51,845 nucleotides of DNA from Escherichia coli (lineage in GTDB: Bacteria; Pseudomonadota; Gammaproteobacteria; Enterobacterales; Enterobacteriaceae): the NCBI RefSeq assembly GCF_003334315.1, contig NZ_QOWR01000030.1; one strand, written 5' to 3'. The notes beneath the pieces are model-generated. The model was not told where the DNA came from. It saw nothing but the letters and a program-made list of their open reading frames with translations, and ran no database searches. This document shows, one piece after another, positions 20,621-30,851 of this stretch (the stretch's first letter is position 1; every line of letters starts with the position of its first letter). A program made the translations under genes and the position numbers.

Positions 20621-22582
20621 TTACCCTTTTCGCTTCGGCAATGTTTTCAGCAGCTCATCCGGACTTACGGATGCCACTACGCTTCCCGGTAACGGCATTT
20701 TCAGTATGTGATTTTTGATTTTGCCAATGACGTGCATCTCGCATGGGCGGCAATCAAACTTTAGCGTTAATACTTCATCGCCGTTAACCAGTTGCATTGG
20801 CGTCGCCTTCCAGCTTTTGATATTGCCTTTCGCCTGTTTCGGGCACAGATTAAAGGCAAAGCGCAGACAATGCTTGGTGATCATCACCGGGACTTCGCCC
20901 TTCTCTTCATGTGCTTCATACGCCGCGTCAATCAGCTGCACACCATAGCGATGATAAAATTCACGCGCTTTCTGGTTGTATACGTTCGCGAGGAAACTCA
21001 GATGCGTTTGCGGATAAACCGGCGCAGGATCAGCAACCGGTTTACGGCTGCCGCGCTGGTAACTGGCAAGACGCGCAGCATCCAGCATGTCAGCAGCTTC
21101 ACGGCGGAACTGGTTTAACAGACTGTTTGGTACAAACAGCGCCCCCGGCAAATTAATTTGCACATCGCGGGCGTAATAGAGGGTTTGCCCCAGTTTTGCC
21201 AGACCATCCTTCAGATTGTTCATTGCTTTTTCGGCGTTATTGGCTTCGTCGAACTGCCCGTCCAGCGTATGCGTGATGCTGACACCCTCTTCACTGGTGA
21301 GGGTCAGAATCAGTTGTTCCTGCCAGCCGCCCAGTTCAATGTCTACCGCCACCCGACGTTCGCTGGAGGTTTTTGTCAGTGCCTGCTGCCAGTTATGATC
21401 AAGATTACGGTTTAGTGGGTGATGTGGACGAATTTTGTGCAAATCTGCTGGCATTTCATTGGGCCAGACGCGGTACTGATTTTCTCCGGTTTTCTCGACC
21501 GTATTGGCACGAAAACCGACGACTTCACGTTTAATCAACACGTTCAGGCCATCGCCATTTGCCAGTGGCTCGGTAACGGCAACATCGAGATGATCTTTCG
21601 CCACTTTCACTACTTCGCCTACCGGCAGGCCGATAAATTTCGGCGAATCGAACGCGCCAATATCGCCTTTACGGGCATTCACAAAATAATCTGTGCTACC
21701 ACGGTGGAAAGTCTTTTCCGTCGATGGAACAAAGAAATGTTCAGTACGACCTGATGAAGCGCGCGCCAGATCGCCACGTTCTTCAATAATGGCATCAAGC
21801 ATCTGGCGATAATGGGCGGTGATATTCTTCACGTAGCTCATATCTTTGTAACGCCCTTCAATCTTGAAGGAGCGTACACCAGCATCAATCAGCGCGCCGA
21901 GGTTGGCAGTCTGATCGTTATCTTTCATCGACAGCAGATGTTTTTCATAGGAAACCACCCGCCCCTGATCGTCTTTCAATGTGTATGGCAAACGGCACGC
22001 CTGCGAGCAATCGCCACGGTTGGCGCTACGCCCTGTTTGCGCATGAGAAATGTAGCACTGACCCGAATAGGCCACGCACAGTGCCCCATGAATAAAGAAT
22101 TCAATGGTCGCGTCCGTAGCCTGGTGAATCGCGCGGATCTGATCAAGATTCAGCTCTCGCGCCAGCACAATCTGCGTGAAGCCAACATCAGAGAGGAACT
22201 TCGCTTTTTCAACTGTACGAATGTCGCACTGCGTACTGGCGTGCAGTTCAATCGGCGGAATATCAAGTTCCAGAATCCCCATATCCTGAACAATCAGCGC
22301 ATCGACACCGGTCTGGTAGAGGTCAGTAATCAGCCGTTGCGCGGGTTCCAGCTCATCATCATGCAAAATGGTGTTAAGCGTGACGAAAATTTTTGCACCA
22401 TAACGATGGGCAAACGGCACCAGCTCGGCAATATCTTTCAAGCTATTACTGGCATTATGACGGGCACCAAAACCAGGGCCGCCGATATAAACAGCATCGG
22501 CACCGTGCAAAATAGCTTCGCGGGCAATGGCGGCATCGCGTGCCGGGCTTAACAGTTCAAGTCGATGAGAAGATACGGTCAC
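20621..22582 (-). CDS. rlhA: U32-family protein (23S rRNA 5-hydroxycytidine synthase RlhA), ~653 aa
   Basis: ORF 20621..22624 (667 aa); start trimmed to an internal GTG to match the remembered 653 aa; true start uncertain. Confidence 0.8.
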   Translation of the reverse strand: MTVSSHRLELLSPARDAAIAREAILHGADAVYIGGPGFGARHNASNSLKDIAELVPFAHRYGAKIFVTLNTILHDDELEPAQRLITDLYQTGVDALIVQDMGILELDIPPIELHASTQCDIRTVEKAKFLSDVGFTQIVLARELNLDQIRAIHQATDATIEFFIHGALCVAYSGQCYISHAQTGRSANRGDCSQACRLPYTLKDDQGRVVSYEKHLLSMKDNDQTANLGALIDAGVRSFKIEGRYKDMSYVKNITAHYRQMLDAIIEERGDLARASSGRTEHFFVPSTEKTFHRGSTDYFVNARKGDIGAFDSPKFIGLPVGEVVKVAKDHLDVAVTEPLANGDGLNVLIKREVVGFRANTVEKTGENQYRVWPNEMPADLHKIRPHHPLNRNLDHNWQQALTKTSSERRVAVDIELGGWQEQLILTLTSEEGVSITHTLDGQFDEANNAEKAMNNLKDGLAKLGQTLYYARDVQINLPGALFVPNSLLNQFRREAADMLDAARLASYQRGSRKPVADPAPVYPQTHLSFLANVYNQKAREFYHRYGVQLIDAAYEAHEEKGEVPVMITKHCLRFAFNLCPKQAKGNIKSWKATPMQLVNGDEVLTLKFDCRPCEMHVIGKIKNHILKMPLPGSVVASVSPDELLKTLPKRKG

Positions 22583-22654
22583 ATTCTTATCCAGTAGCTG
22601 AAAAATGGCGGCTATTTTAGCCACAAGCGCGACGTTGCGAAATAGTTTTCCCGC

Positions 22655-23191
22655 TTAACTGCGCGGGTAATGGATGAGGGAATGAAAATGTACGGTTTGC
22701 TCCCCACCATTACGATAGATATGCGTGACGTCTGCAGCAAATCGAACGCCTTCCCCACAATTAAGGGTCTGCCATTCCCCATCAACGCACAGATCAAGTT
22801 GTCCATCAATGACGACGACATGTTCGATTACCCCCTTCTCATGGGGCGTCGATTCGCTTATTGCACCAGATGCCATCTGAATCGAGAAGTGTTCAAAGCA
22901 GAGTTGTGGATCATAAGGAAACAGCGAAGTGATCACCATCGCCTGCTGTTGTGGATCATAAACTGAAGGCGTAGCGGACTGCGGCGGAGAAATAAATGTT
23001 GAAAATGGTACGTTCAACCCGGTGGCAATTTTCCATAATGTCGCGACCGTCGGACTGGACTCATTACGCTCAATCTGCCCTAACATTGCTTTAGAAACGC
23101 CCGTCGCTTCTGCCAGTCGCGAAAGACTCCAGCCGCGCTGCTGGCGTAGTTGTTTAAGTGTGGTGGATAAAAAGCGAGCGAGATTTTCCAT
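22655..23191 (-). CDS. ydcN: XRE-type HTH plus cupin-domain transcriptional regulator, 178 aa
   Basis: ORF track; N-terminal HTH (LRQQRGWSLSRLAEATGVSKAMLGQIERNE). Confidence 0.85.
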   Translation of the reverse strand: MENLARFLSTTLKQLRQQRGWSLSRLAEATGVSKAMLGQIERNESSPTVATLWKIATGLNVPFSTFISPPQSATPSVYDPQQQAMVITSLFPYDPQLCFEHFSIQMASGAISESTPHEKGVIEHVVVIDGQLDLCVDGEWQTLNCGEGVRFAADVTHIYRNGGEQTVHFHSLIHYPRS

Positions 23192-23282
23192 GCGACTCCT
23201 CCGGCAAAACGGAAGTTTATCACTTGTGCGTTATAACGGACAAATGCTACGGTGCCTGTACGCTATAACGCACGAGGTGACT

Positions 23283-24458
23283 ATGCGTCTGTTTTCTATT
23301 CCTCCACCCACGCTACTGGCGGGGTTTCTGGCGGTATTAATTGGCTACGCCAGTTCAGCGGCAATAATCTGGCAAGCAGCGATTGTCGCCGGAGCCACCA
23401 CTGCACAAATCTCTGGCTGGATGACGGCGCTGGGGCTGGCAATGGGCGTCAGTACGCTGACTCTGACATTATGGTATCGCGTACCTGTTCTCACCGCATG
23501 GTCAACGCCTGGCGCGGCTTTGTTGGTCACCGGATTGCAGGGACTAACACTTAACGAAGCCATCGGCGTTTTTATTGTCACCAACGCGCTAATAGTCCTC
23601 TGCGGCATAACGGGACTCTTTGCTCGTCTGATGCGCATTATTCCGCACTCGCTAGCGGCGGCAATGCTTGCCGGGATTTTATTACGCTTTGGTTTACAGG
23701 CGTTTGCCAGTCTGGACGGTCAATTTACGTTGTGTGGAAGTATGTTGCTGGTATGGCTGGCAACCAAGGCCGTTGCGCCGCGCTATGCGGTAATTGCCGC
23801 GATGATTATTGGGATCGTGATCGTCATCGCGCAAGGTGACGTTGTCACAACTGATGTTGTCTTTAAACCCGTTCTCCCCACTTATATTACCCCTGATTTT
23901 TCGTTTGCTCACAGCCTGAGCGTTGCACTCCCCCTTTTTCTGGTGACGATGGCATCGCAAAACGCACCGGGTATCGCAGCAATGAAAGCAGCTGGATATT
24001 CGGCTCCTGTTTCGCCATTAATTGTATTTACTGGATTGCTGGCACTGGTTTTTTCCCCTTTCGGCGTTTATTCCGTCGGTATTGCGGCAATCACCGCGGC
24101 TATTTGCCAAAGCCCGGAAGCGCATCCGGATAAAGATCAACGTTGGCTGGCCGCTGCCGTTGCAGGCATTTTCTATTTGCTCGCAGGTCTGTTTGGTAGT
24201 GTCATTACCGGGATGATGGCTGCCCTGCCCGTAAGTTGGATCCAGATGCTGGCAGGTCTGGCGCTGTTAAGTACCATCGGCGGCAGTTTGTATCAGGCGC
24301 TGCATAATGAGCGTGAGCGAGACGCGGCGGTGGTGGCATTTCTGGTAACGGCAAGTGGATTGACGCTGGTCGGGATTGGTTCTGCGTTTTGGGGATTAAT
24401 TGCCGGAGGCGTTTGTTACGTGGTGTTGAATTTAATCGCTGACAGAAACCGATATTGA
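23283..24458 (+). CDS. ydcO: BenE-family inner membrane transporter, 391 aa
   Basis: ORF 23022..24458 trimmed to ATG at 23283 (MRLFSIPPPTLLAGFL...); multi-TM. Confidence 0.85.
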   Translation: MRLFSIPPPTLLAGFLAVLIGYASSAAIIWQAAIVAGATTAQISGWMTALGLAMGVSTLTLTLWYRVPVLTAWSTPGAALLVTGLQGLTLNEAIGVFIVTNALIVLCGITGLFARLMRIIPHSLAAAMLAGILLRFGLQAFASLDGQFTLCGSMLLVWLATKAVAPRYAVIAAMIIGIVIVIAQGDVVTTDVVFKPVLPTYITPDFSFAHSLSVALPLFLVTMASQNAPGIAAMKAAGYSAPVSPLIVFTGLLALVFSPFGVYSVGIAAITAAICQSPEAHPDKDQRWLAAAVAGIFYLLAGLFGSVITGMMAALPVSWIQMLAGLALLSTIGGSLYQALHNERERDAAVVAFLVTASGLTLVGIGSAFWGLIAGGVCYVVLNLIADRNRY

Positions 24459-24467
24459 CATCCTCCA

Positions 24468-26181
24468 CGCCCTGAAGGACGTGGATCCCTGCTACGTTCA
24501 GGCTGTCGCCTGAATCATTTCGGTGGGTTCCTGCTTCAACGGGCGGCCTGACTGCACCATCTCTCCACAGGCAAGAACGGCGTGCCCCGCCGCTAAAATG
24601 TTGCGAGCGCCATTTACATCGGCGTTCGCTGTATATCCACATACCTGGCATCTGAATTTACTTTGTGACAGGCGGTTCTCTTTCGCTGTATGACCACAGT
24701 ACGCGCAACGCTGGCTTGTATACGCTGGCGGAACAGCAAGCACCTGACCGCCACGCCAGAGCTGCTTGTACGCAAGCTGGCGGCGCATTTCATACCAGCC
24801 CTGATCCAGTATCGAACGGTTTAAACCTGATTTTGCCCGGACATTGCGCCCCGGCTGGCTGACCGTACCCGCTGCTGACTTTGACATGTTGCTGACCTTC
24901 AAATCCTCAATGACTATCATTGCGTGGTTTTTGCTGACGGCCGTTGTGACTTTGTGAAGGTAGTCCCTGCGGATATTTGCGATACAGGAATGCAGTCGCT
25001 GTATTTTGCGTTTCTGCTTTTGCCAGTTGTTGCTGAATTTGACCTTGCGGCTTAACTGTCGCTGAAGTCTCGCCAGCTTCTTCTGGTTTTTCTGAAAACT
25101 GTTTACAGGCTCAAAGACTGTGCCATCTGACAGCGTGGCGAGTTTAGCCACGCCAGCATCCAGCCCGACCATTGATGCTGAAGGGTGAACCGGAGTTGAT
25201 ACTTCACTTTCTGTCTGAATACTGATGTACCACTTACCGCAGGACTGGCTGACAGTGACATTTTTCACAACACCCGTGACCTGACGGCTGTTCCGGTAGC
25301 GCATCCAGCCCAGTTTCGGCAGAAAAATACGGCTGTTTTCCTGATCGAGCTTAACGCCCTGCGGGTAGCGGAATGCATCATTCTGTCCCCGCTTTTTGAA
25401 TCGGGGAAAAGCAGCCCGCTTCCGGAAGAAGTTTTTGTAAGCCCGCTCAAGGTCTTTCAGTGACTGTTGCAATGGCTGTGAGGGAGAATCTTTAAGCCAT
25501 TGCGTTTCAGTGGCATTTTTCCACTCAACCAGCCAGGAAGCCATTTTCCCGTAAGGGATGTATTTATTACCGGCCTCATGATTCTCATTCTGACGTGCCA
25601 GAGCACGATTGAAAACGAAACGACATGCGCCTGCGAAGCGCCTCATTTCACACTCCTGTTGACCACCTGGTCTTAACTGGAATTTAAATGCCTGTAATCG
25701 TTTCACAGGTCAAATGATACTTTGGTCTGTGAAAAAAGAAACCGATATCCGGCGTGGAAGGCATTGTGTTTTCCTGATGCATGTTCACCTGCTCTTTGTC
25801 ACCAGATACCGACGCCAGATTTTTGACCATGACGCGACAGAAAAACTACGCACTTACTTTTCAAATGTATGTGCTGATTTTGAAGCTGAACTGGTTGAAA
25901 TGGATGGCGAACCAGATCACGTCCATTTGTTAATTAACTATCCTCCCAAACTGGCGATATCCAGTCTGGTAAACAGCCTCAAAGGCGTATCGGGTAGGTG
26001 ACTGCGACGAGATCGACCAGATATTGCAGTCAGGTATTACTACAAAGGCGTTTTGTGGAGTCCTGGCTATTTTGCCAGTAGCTGCGGAGGTGCGCCAATA
26101 TCCGTCATTCGCCAATACATTGAACAACAGCAAACACCTGGTCAGGTGGAAAACCGCGCCTTATATCCCCGCCCTGAAGGA
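24468..26181. mobile_element. IS609 (IS200/IS605 family) insertion sequence, divergent tnpB and tnpA
   Basis: TnpB and Y1-transposase ORFs back to back; bracketed by a 12-bp direct repeat cgccctgaagga at 24468..24479 and 26170..26181; exact ends not determined. Confidence 0.65.
24498..25706 (-). CDS. insQ: IS609 TnpB (OrfB, RuvC-like nuclease with zinc finger), 402 aa from GTG (382 aa from internal ATG)
   Basis: ORF track; N-terminal QAFKFQLRP...CRFVFN motif; RuvC-I GLDAGV, RuvC-II VIEDL, zinc finger CAYCGH...CQVCGY, Ruv[13 protein letters not shown]. Confidence 0.85.
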   Translation of the reverse strand: MKRLQAFKFQLRPGGQQECEMRRFAGACRFVFNRALARQNENHEAGNKYIPYGKMASWLVEWKNATETQWLKDSPSQPLQQSLKDLERAYKNFFRKRAAFPRFKKRGQNDAFRYPQGVKLDQENSRIFLPKLGWMRYRNSRQVTGVVKNVTVSQSCGKWYISIQTESEVSTPVHPSASMVGLDAGVAKLATLSDGTVFEPVNSFQKNQKKLARLQRQLSRKVKFSNNWQKQKRKIQRLHSCIANIRRDYLHKVTTAVSKNHAMIVIEDLKVSNMSKSAAGTVSQPGRNVRAKSGLNRSILDQGWYEMRRQLAYKQLWRGGQVLAVPPAYTSQRCAYCGHTAKENRLSQSKFRCQVCGYTANADVNGARNILAAGHAVLACGEMVQSGRPLKQEPTEMIQATA

Positions 26182-26220
26182 TGGGGTTTTACGGCGCACC
26201 GGATAAAAAGCGCCATCTAA
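25714..26220 (+). pseudogene. insP: IS609 tnpA (IS200-type Y1 HuH transposase) interrupted by an in-frame TGA
   Basis: ORF 25714..26001 carries the HuH motif (PDHVHLLINYPP) and stops at TGA 25999..26001; the same frame continues ...LRRDRPDIAVRYYYKGVLWSPGYFASSCGGAPISVIRQYIEQQ... to TAA at 26218..26220, so the catalytic-Tyr region lies after the stop. Confidence 0.6.
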
Positions 26221-26229
26221 CGATGGCGC
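26203..26229 (-). terminator. rho-independent terminator of ydcL
   Basis: Hairpin gcgccatc-taac-gatggcgc followed, on the minus-strand transcript, by a U-run (plus-strand ataaaaa). Confidence 0.5.
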
Positions 26230-26237
26230 GTCTGGAA

Positions 26238-26906
26238 CTACTTTTTGTTAACGTCAAACATGGTGGCATCGGTCGCCATGTCATCAATAACTTGTTTAAT
26301 ATTTTCGAAAGCCATTGGCGTACTTTCGTTATTCAGGTCTTTACCTTCGCCCTGACGAACGACTTTGATAACCGGTTTATTAGTCGCTGCATCAATCAGC
26401 TCACCTTCAAAATAGAGGCGAGTATCCATGGTACGGTGGCCTGTAGCCATTTGCGTCCCCGCAACCACTAATGCAACAGGAACCACTTCATAGAATTGCA
26501 GCCCTTCTTTGCTGGTATCTACACCGGTAATGGCCCCACGGAAAATCAGACTACGCGGCCCAGCGGTGGTAACCAGTGGTTTACGCTGCGCTATCGCTTC
26601 TTTCATTTCGGTGTTGGTATAGTTCAAAATTTTATCCAGAACTTTCTGCCCTACCTGGGTCGACGGTTTCGGTACCGGATAATAAGTGATTGGGTTCCAG
26701 ACGATGCTGTCATATTTGCTTTGATCAAAACTCGGGTCTACCCAACGTAAAACAGGTTTACCTGTAGCCGAGGTTGTTTCTTTTAAATCAGAGTAATTGT
26801 TTAAAAAACCAGAATATTTATCTGGCTGGGTGATTTTAGAGGCACAACCAGACAGAGTCAATAAGCCGCATAAAGCTGCAACTTTCGCAAATGATGTGGT
26901 ACGCAT
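26238..26906 (-). CDS. ydcL: lipoprotein, 222 aa
   Basis: ORF track; lipobox LTLSGC after signal peptide. Confidence 0.85.
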   Translation of the reverse strand: MRTTSFAKVAALCGLLTLSGCASKITQPDKYSGFLNNYSDLKETTSATGKPVLRWVDPSFDQSKYDSIVWNPITYYPVPKPSTQVGQKVLDKILNYTNTEMKEAIAQRKPLVTTAGPRSLIFRGAITGVDTSKEGLQFYEVVPVALVVAGTQMATGHRTMDTRLYFEGELIDAATNKPVIKVVRQGEGKDLNNESTPMAFENIKQVIDDMATDATMFDVNKK

Positions 26907-27208
26907 GAATAGTTTCCTGAGATGATTATATTACTTTTTAAGTTATAGCAAAAAGCGCCGCTTCGTGTTGTGGCAAAAAAAGTGTTGGTGAAAATAAATT
27001 TTTTAGCCCCTTTTCAGACGACATAGTCAATGCCGAAAAAGGGGCTAAGTCAATCATCAGTAGTTAAATTTCAGTAAGTTAAGCTGATAAAAAACTTCGA
27101 CTACTGTGATTAATTTCACATCCCTTCGATAAAAAATATGCTTACCGAAAAGAAGAACAGTAAACCATCTCAGCGTGGGGAATTTTCACGCGCTTTGTTC
27201 TTACCGGG

Positions 27209-27802
27209 TCATTTTTTACGTGCCAGCATCGTGGCGAAACGTAGTTTAATACGATTACCGTTGGCGTCGGTGCGGTGCAGCTCGCCGACGTCTTCATTGT
27301 ATTTCACCCTCTCCCAGCCTTCGTAATATCGACGTAATTCTCCCTCTTTGAAGGCAAACGGGAAGCCGACGGTACATGGATAATCAGCGGTATCCATCGC
27401 CGCCACAATCAGGTTGTAACCACCAGGTTTAGTGCAACGTTGCATATTGGCAATCAGCCCTGGGATGGTTTTAGCCTCAAGGAACATCAGCACCACAGTC
27501 GAAAGAATAAAATCGTACTGTCCAGCAAATGTGAGGTTATTCAGATCAACGACCCGAGTGTGTAAATTATCCAGATTTTCAATAGATTTAATGCGCTCGA
27601 CGTTGGCGATACTCATGGCATTTTTATCCCATGCGTCAACATCATAACCATTGGCTGCCAGGTAAAGACTGTTACGACCATTGCCACAGCCCAGATCCAG
27701 CGTTTTACCCGGTTTAACCACTTTCACCGCTTCCAGTACTTCAGAGTGTGTGCGGGTTAATTCATATTTATCAGTAAAATAGTTTTCGTCACGAATGATC
27801 AT
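27209..27802 (-). CDS. tehB: tellurite-resistance SAM-dependent methyltransferase TehB, 197 aa
   Basis: ORF track; SAM-binding motif [15 protein letters not shown]. Confidence 0.95.
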   Translation of the reverse strand: MIIRDENYFTDKYELTRTHSEVLEAVKVVKPGKTLDLGCGNGRNSLYLAANGYDVDAWDKNAMSIANVERIKSIENLDNLHTRVVDLNNLTFAGQYDFILSTVVLMFLEAKTIPGLIANMQRCTKPGGYNLIVAAMDTADYPCTVGFPFAFKEGELRRYYEGWERVKYNEDVGELHRTDANGNRIKLRFATMLARKK

Positions 27803-28791
27803 TCTTTGTCCTCTGCTTTCATTAAAACGGCGCGCTCGGTTCTGACTAACAATTTTCCCTGCATCAGAAGCGCAAAAGTACGGATGAGCAGTATTGCAAT
27901 AATAAAATTGGTAAAGATAAACAGCGGCACCGCCAGCGTATGGAAAAATCCATTATCGCTGCCACTCCCCAGATGCAAACCGGTGGTTGCCAGTGCAGAT
28001 ACGCCGAACGAGAAACTCCAGAATGAAGCATTAAATGGCTGGGAGAGATACCATGGCATCAGACGTAGCATAAACAGCAGTTGCAGCAGTCCATAACCGA
28101 AAAGCATTTTCGCCAGCGTGTCACCCTCGCCGCCGTTGACGCTCAGCCAGGCACTACAGGCCACCAGCGCAGGAGCGAGCTGAATGCCGAGTGATGTCCG
28201 CAGTGCCGTGGGTAATTCTCCCGAACTGCGCAGACGCTGCAAGATCACCGGTTCAAGGCTTAGCCATGAGAAAACGCCTGCGCCTAAAAACACCAGACCG
28301 GCGTCGGTGTAGCCCAACGCACCACAGGCCATTGCGCTGATAAAGTTGTTGGCAACTGTCGGCAGATACAGTCCAGGCGTGGTAGCTTCTTCAGGGTGAG
28401 ATCCGCGCCATAATCCCGCAGTTTGCCAGGCGGCATAAGCCAACTGAACCGCGACACCAAAACTGAACAGGCACACCGCCAGTGGGCGAAACCACGGAAC
28501 AAAACCAATCGCCACCAGCATCGTCGTTGCCGGAAACAAACTCACAAAACTGCTCAGCACTGGATGGCGAACTTCCGCCAGCACGCTATGCGGAAAGCGT
28601 ATGAGTCGGGTAATAAATGCGCTAGTCAATAATCCCCAGATGATCATCGCCAGAATCACCAGCCCATCCCCTAACCAGTGGCTGACCTGCCAAACCTGGC
28701 TGGCATAGCGCCAGGCAAATCCCATCCCTATCGTCCCCAAGACAATACCAAAGTAGCCTGCCGGCAAATTGAGCACTTTATCGCTCTGCAT
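27799..28791 (-). CDS. tehA: tellurite-resistance / C4-dicarboxylate-type membrane protein TehA, 330 aa
   Basis: ORF 27799..28899 trimmed to ATG at 28791 ([15 protein letters not shown]...); overlaps tehB start by 4 bp. Confidence 0.9.
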   Translation of the reverse strand: MQSDKVLNLPAGYFGIVLGTIGMGFAWRYASQVWQVSHWLGDGLVILAMIIWGLLTSAFITRLIRFPHSVLAEVRHPVLSSFVSLFPATTMLVAIGFVPWFRPLAVCLFSFGVAVQLAYAAWQTAGLWRGSHPEEATTPGLYLPTVANNFISAMACGALGYTDAGLVFLGAGVFSWLSLEPVILQRLRSSGELPTALRTSLGIQLAPALVACSAWLSVNGGEGDTLAKMLFGYGLLQLLFMLRLMPWYLSQPFNASFWSFSFGVSALATTGLHLGSGSDNGFFHTLAVPLFIFTNFIIAILLIRTFALLMQGKLLVRTERAVLMKAEDKE

Positions 28792-28914
28792 CTTCTTACT
28801 CATTTTGTTTAATTTATAAAGTATATTTGAAATGCATTTTATGGAATTTTCTTGAGCATAGCCAGAGCCGCAGAATTTGCTACGGTTATAGTAAGTCACC
28901 TGTGGGAAAACGCT

Positions 28915-29895
28915 ATGCGCAAATATCGTCTAAGTGAAGAACAGCGAGCCTTTAGTTATCAGGAAGATGGCACTAAAAAAAGTGTGTTATTACGGCAGAT
29001 TATCGCCATTAGCGATTTTAACGATGTGATAGCAGGAACCGCTGGCGGCTGGATCGATCGCGAAACGGTGTTAGCACAGGAAGGAAATTGCTGGATTTAC
29101 GACCAGAATGCTATTGCGTTCGGCGGAACGGTGATTTCCGGTAATACGCGTATCACCGGCACCAGCGTGCTGTGGGGAGAGGTTTACGCAACGGATAACG
29201 TCTGGATCGATAATAGTGAAATCAGCCAGGGTGCACATATAAGTGACAGTGTCACCATTCGTGGTTCATTAGTTTGCGGTCAATGTAGAATATTTGGTCA
29301 CGCCTTAATTGATCAACATTCTATGATCGTCGCCACACAAGGCTTAACGCCCGACCATCAACTCCTGCTACAAATTTATGATCGCGCAAGGGTTAGCGCC
29401 TCGCGTATTGTTCACCAGGCACAAATTTATGGCGATGCCGTCGTCCGGTATGCTTTTATTGAACATCGCGCCGAAGTTTTTGATTTTGCCAGTGTTGAAG
29501 GTAATGAAGAGAACAACATCTGGCTATGCGATTGCGCTAAAGTTTACGGTCACGCGCAGGTGAAAGCTGGCATAGAAGAAGATGCCATTCCGACGATTCA
29601 TTACAGTTCACAGGTGGCGGAATATGCCATTGTGGAAGGTAATTGTGTGTTAAAACATCATGTTTTGATTGGCGGAAATGCCGTGGTACGTGGCGGACCG
29701 ATTCTGCTCGACGAGCACGTTGTAATACAAGGTGAGAGCCGTATTACAGGTGCGGTGATAATTGAAAACCATGTGGAGTTAACCGACCACGCCGTCGTTG
29801 AAGCCTTTGATGGCGACACGGTTCATGTCCGTGGTCCAAAAGTCATTAACGGCGAGGAGCGCATTACGCGAACGCCGCTGGCAGGGTTATTGTGA
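28915..29895 (+). CDS. ydcK: uncharacterised hexapeptide/beta-helix repeat protein, 326 aa
   Basis: ORF 28852..29895 trimmed to ATG at 28915 ([13 protein letters not shown]...). Confidence 0.85.
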   Translation: MRKYRLSEEQRAFSYQEDGTKKSVLLRQIIAISDFNDVIAGTAGGWIDRETVLAQEGNCWIYDQNAIAFGGTVISGNTRITGTSVLWGEVYATDNVWIDNSEISQGAHISDSVTIRGSLVCGQCRIFGHALIDQHSMIVATQGLTPDHQLLLQIYDRARVSASRIVHQAQIYGDAVVRYAFIEHRAEVFDFASVEGNEENNIWLCDCAKVYGHAQVKAGIEEDAIPTIHYSSQVAEYAIVEGNCVLKHHVLIGGNAVVRGGPILLDEHVVIQGESRITGAVIIENHVELTDHAVVEAFDGDTVHVRGPKVINGEERITRTPLAGLL

Positions 29896-30426
29896 ATCGA
29901 TAATACGCGCGTATAAGTTCACATCATCATAGGCATCATTCAGGAACTCAGCCTGTTTCAGGCAACCTTCAAGGATAAAACCATTGCGCAAAGCGACCTG
30001 GTTGCTTTGCGGATTGTCCACCCGACATTTGATCACGAAGCGTCTAAGTTCACCAGACTGGGCGTAATGATGAATCAGTGCCTGCAGCGCCTGAGAAATG
30101 ATCCCCTGCCCCTGATGAGATTCGTCCAGCCAGTAGCCGATTTCAGCGGTTTTATTCAGTGGTTCAATTCGATTAAACGAGATAACGCCGATAAGTTCAT
30201 CTTCTTTGAAAATCATGAACATTTTGGCATAGCCGCGTTGATGCAACATCACATTACCCTGCACCGTTTTTCGCGTGTCCTCTTCACTCTGAACGAACTG
30301 CGGCCAGTTTAGCGACTGCTGTAACCAGGTTTTATTTTTACAGATTAACTGATAAAGAGGAGTGACGTGATTTTCTGCAACAGCATGTAATTCAAGTGAT
30401 TCACTTACTTTTATCGTTTCAGTCAT
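29887..30426 (-). CDS. rimL: ribosomal protein L7/L12 serine N-acetyltransferase (GNAT), 179 aa
   Basis: ORF 29887..30441 trimmed to ATG at 30426 ([16 protein letters not shown]...). Confidence 0.9.
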   Translation of the reverse strand: MTETIKVSESLELHAVAENHVTPLYQLICKNKTWLQQSLNWPQFVQSEEDTRKTVQGNVMLHQRGYAKMFMIFKEDELIGVISFNRIEPLNKTAEIGYWLDESHQGQGIISQALQALIHHYAQSGELRRFVIKCRVDNPQSNQVALRNGFILEGCLKQAEFLNDAYDDVNLYARIIDSQ

Positions 30427-30488
30427 CTTATCTCCAGTCAATCCATGCAGTTGTTAAAAAAGCCGCCTGGCTGGCGGCTTAGGAAAGT

Positions 30489-30713
30489 TTACACCTCTTT
30501 GACGCTCTCCTGCTGCAGGATTTTGAGCATCTCATCTTTTAACTGTAGCTTTTGTTTTTTCATGCGGACCACTTCCGCATTGTACCCTCGACCATCGGAA
30601 CCTTCCTTTCTGGCAATTTCATGATCAAGTTTATTGTGTTTATCGAACAAGGACATAAAGCGAGGATTTTCGTTTTTCAGACGGGATATTAAATCTCGAT
30701 ATTCTGGAAACAT
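30489..30713 (-). CDS. ydcH: small DUF465-type protein, 74 aa
   Basis: ORF 30489..30719 trimmed to ATG at 30713 (MFPEYRDLISRLKNENPRF...). Confidence 0.8.
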   Translation of the reverse strand: MFPEYRDLISRLKNENPRFMSLFDKHNKLDHEIARKEGSDGRGYNAEVVRMKKQKLQLKDEMLKILQQESVKEV

Positions 30714-30851
30714 ACGCACTCCCTGTTAGTGGCTGACAAGGTGTATCTGAAATACACACCATCAGATTACTCATTTAACTTAGGGAAAAATGCGAGCGGG
30801 ATCGTGTTTAACCAGACGGCACCTCCCGAAGAAGGTGCCGAAGAAAAACGA

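Noticed and set aside
21812-22552. 246-aa plus-strand ORF opposite ydcP/rlhA
   Set aside because: Entirely antisense to a well-supported U32-family gene.
25999-26001. In-frame TGA in tnpA as a selenocysteine or programmed read-through codon
   Set aside because: Homologous TnpA proteins have Arg at this position and I see no SECIS-like context; a simple CGA-to-TGA nonsense change is more parsimonious.
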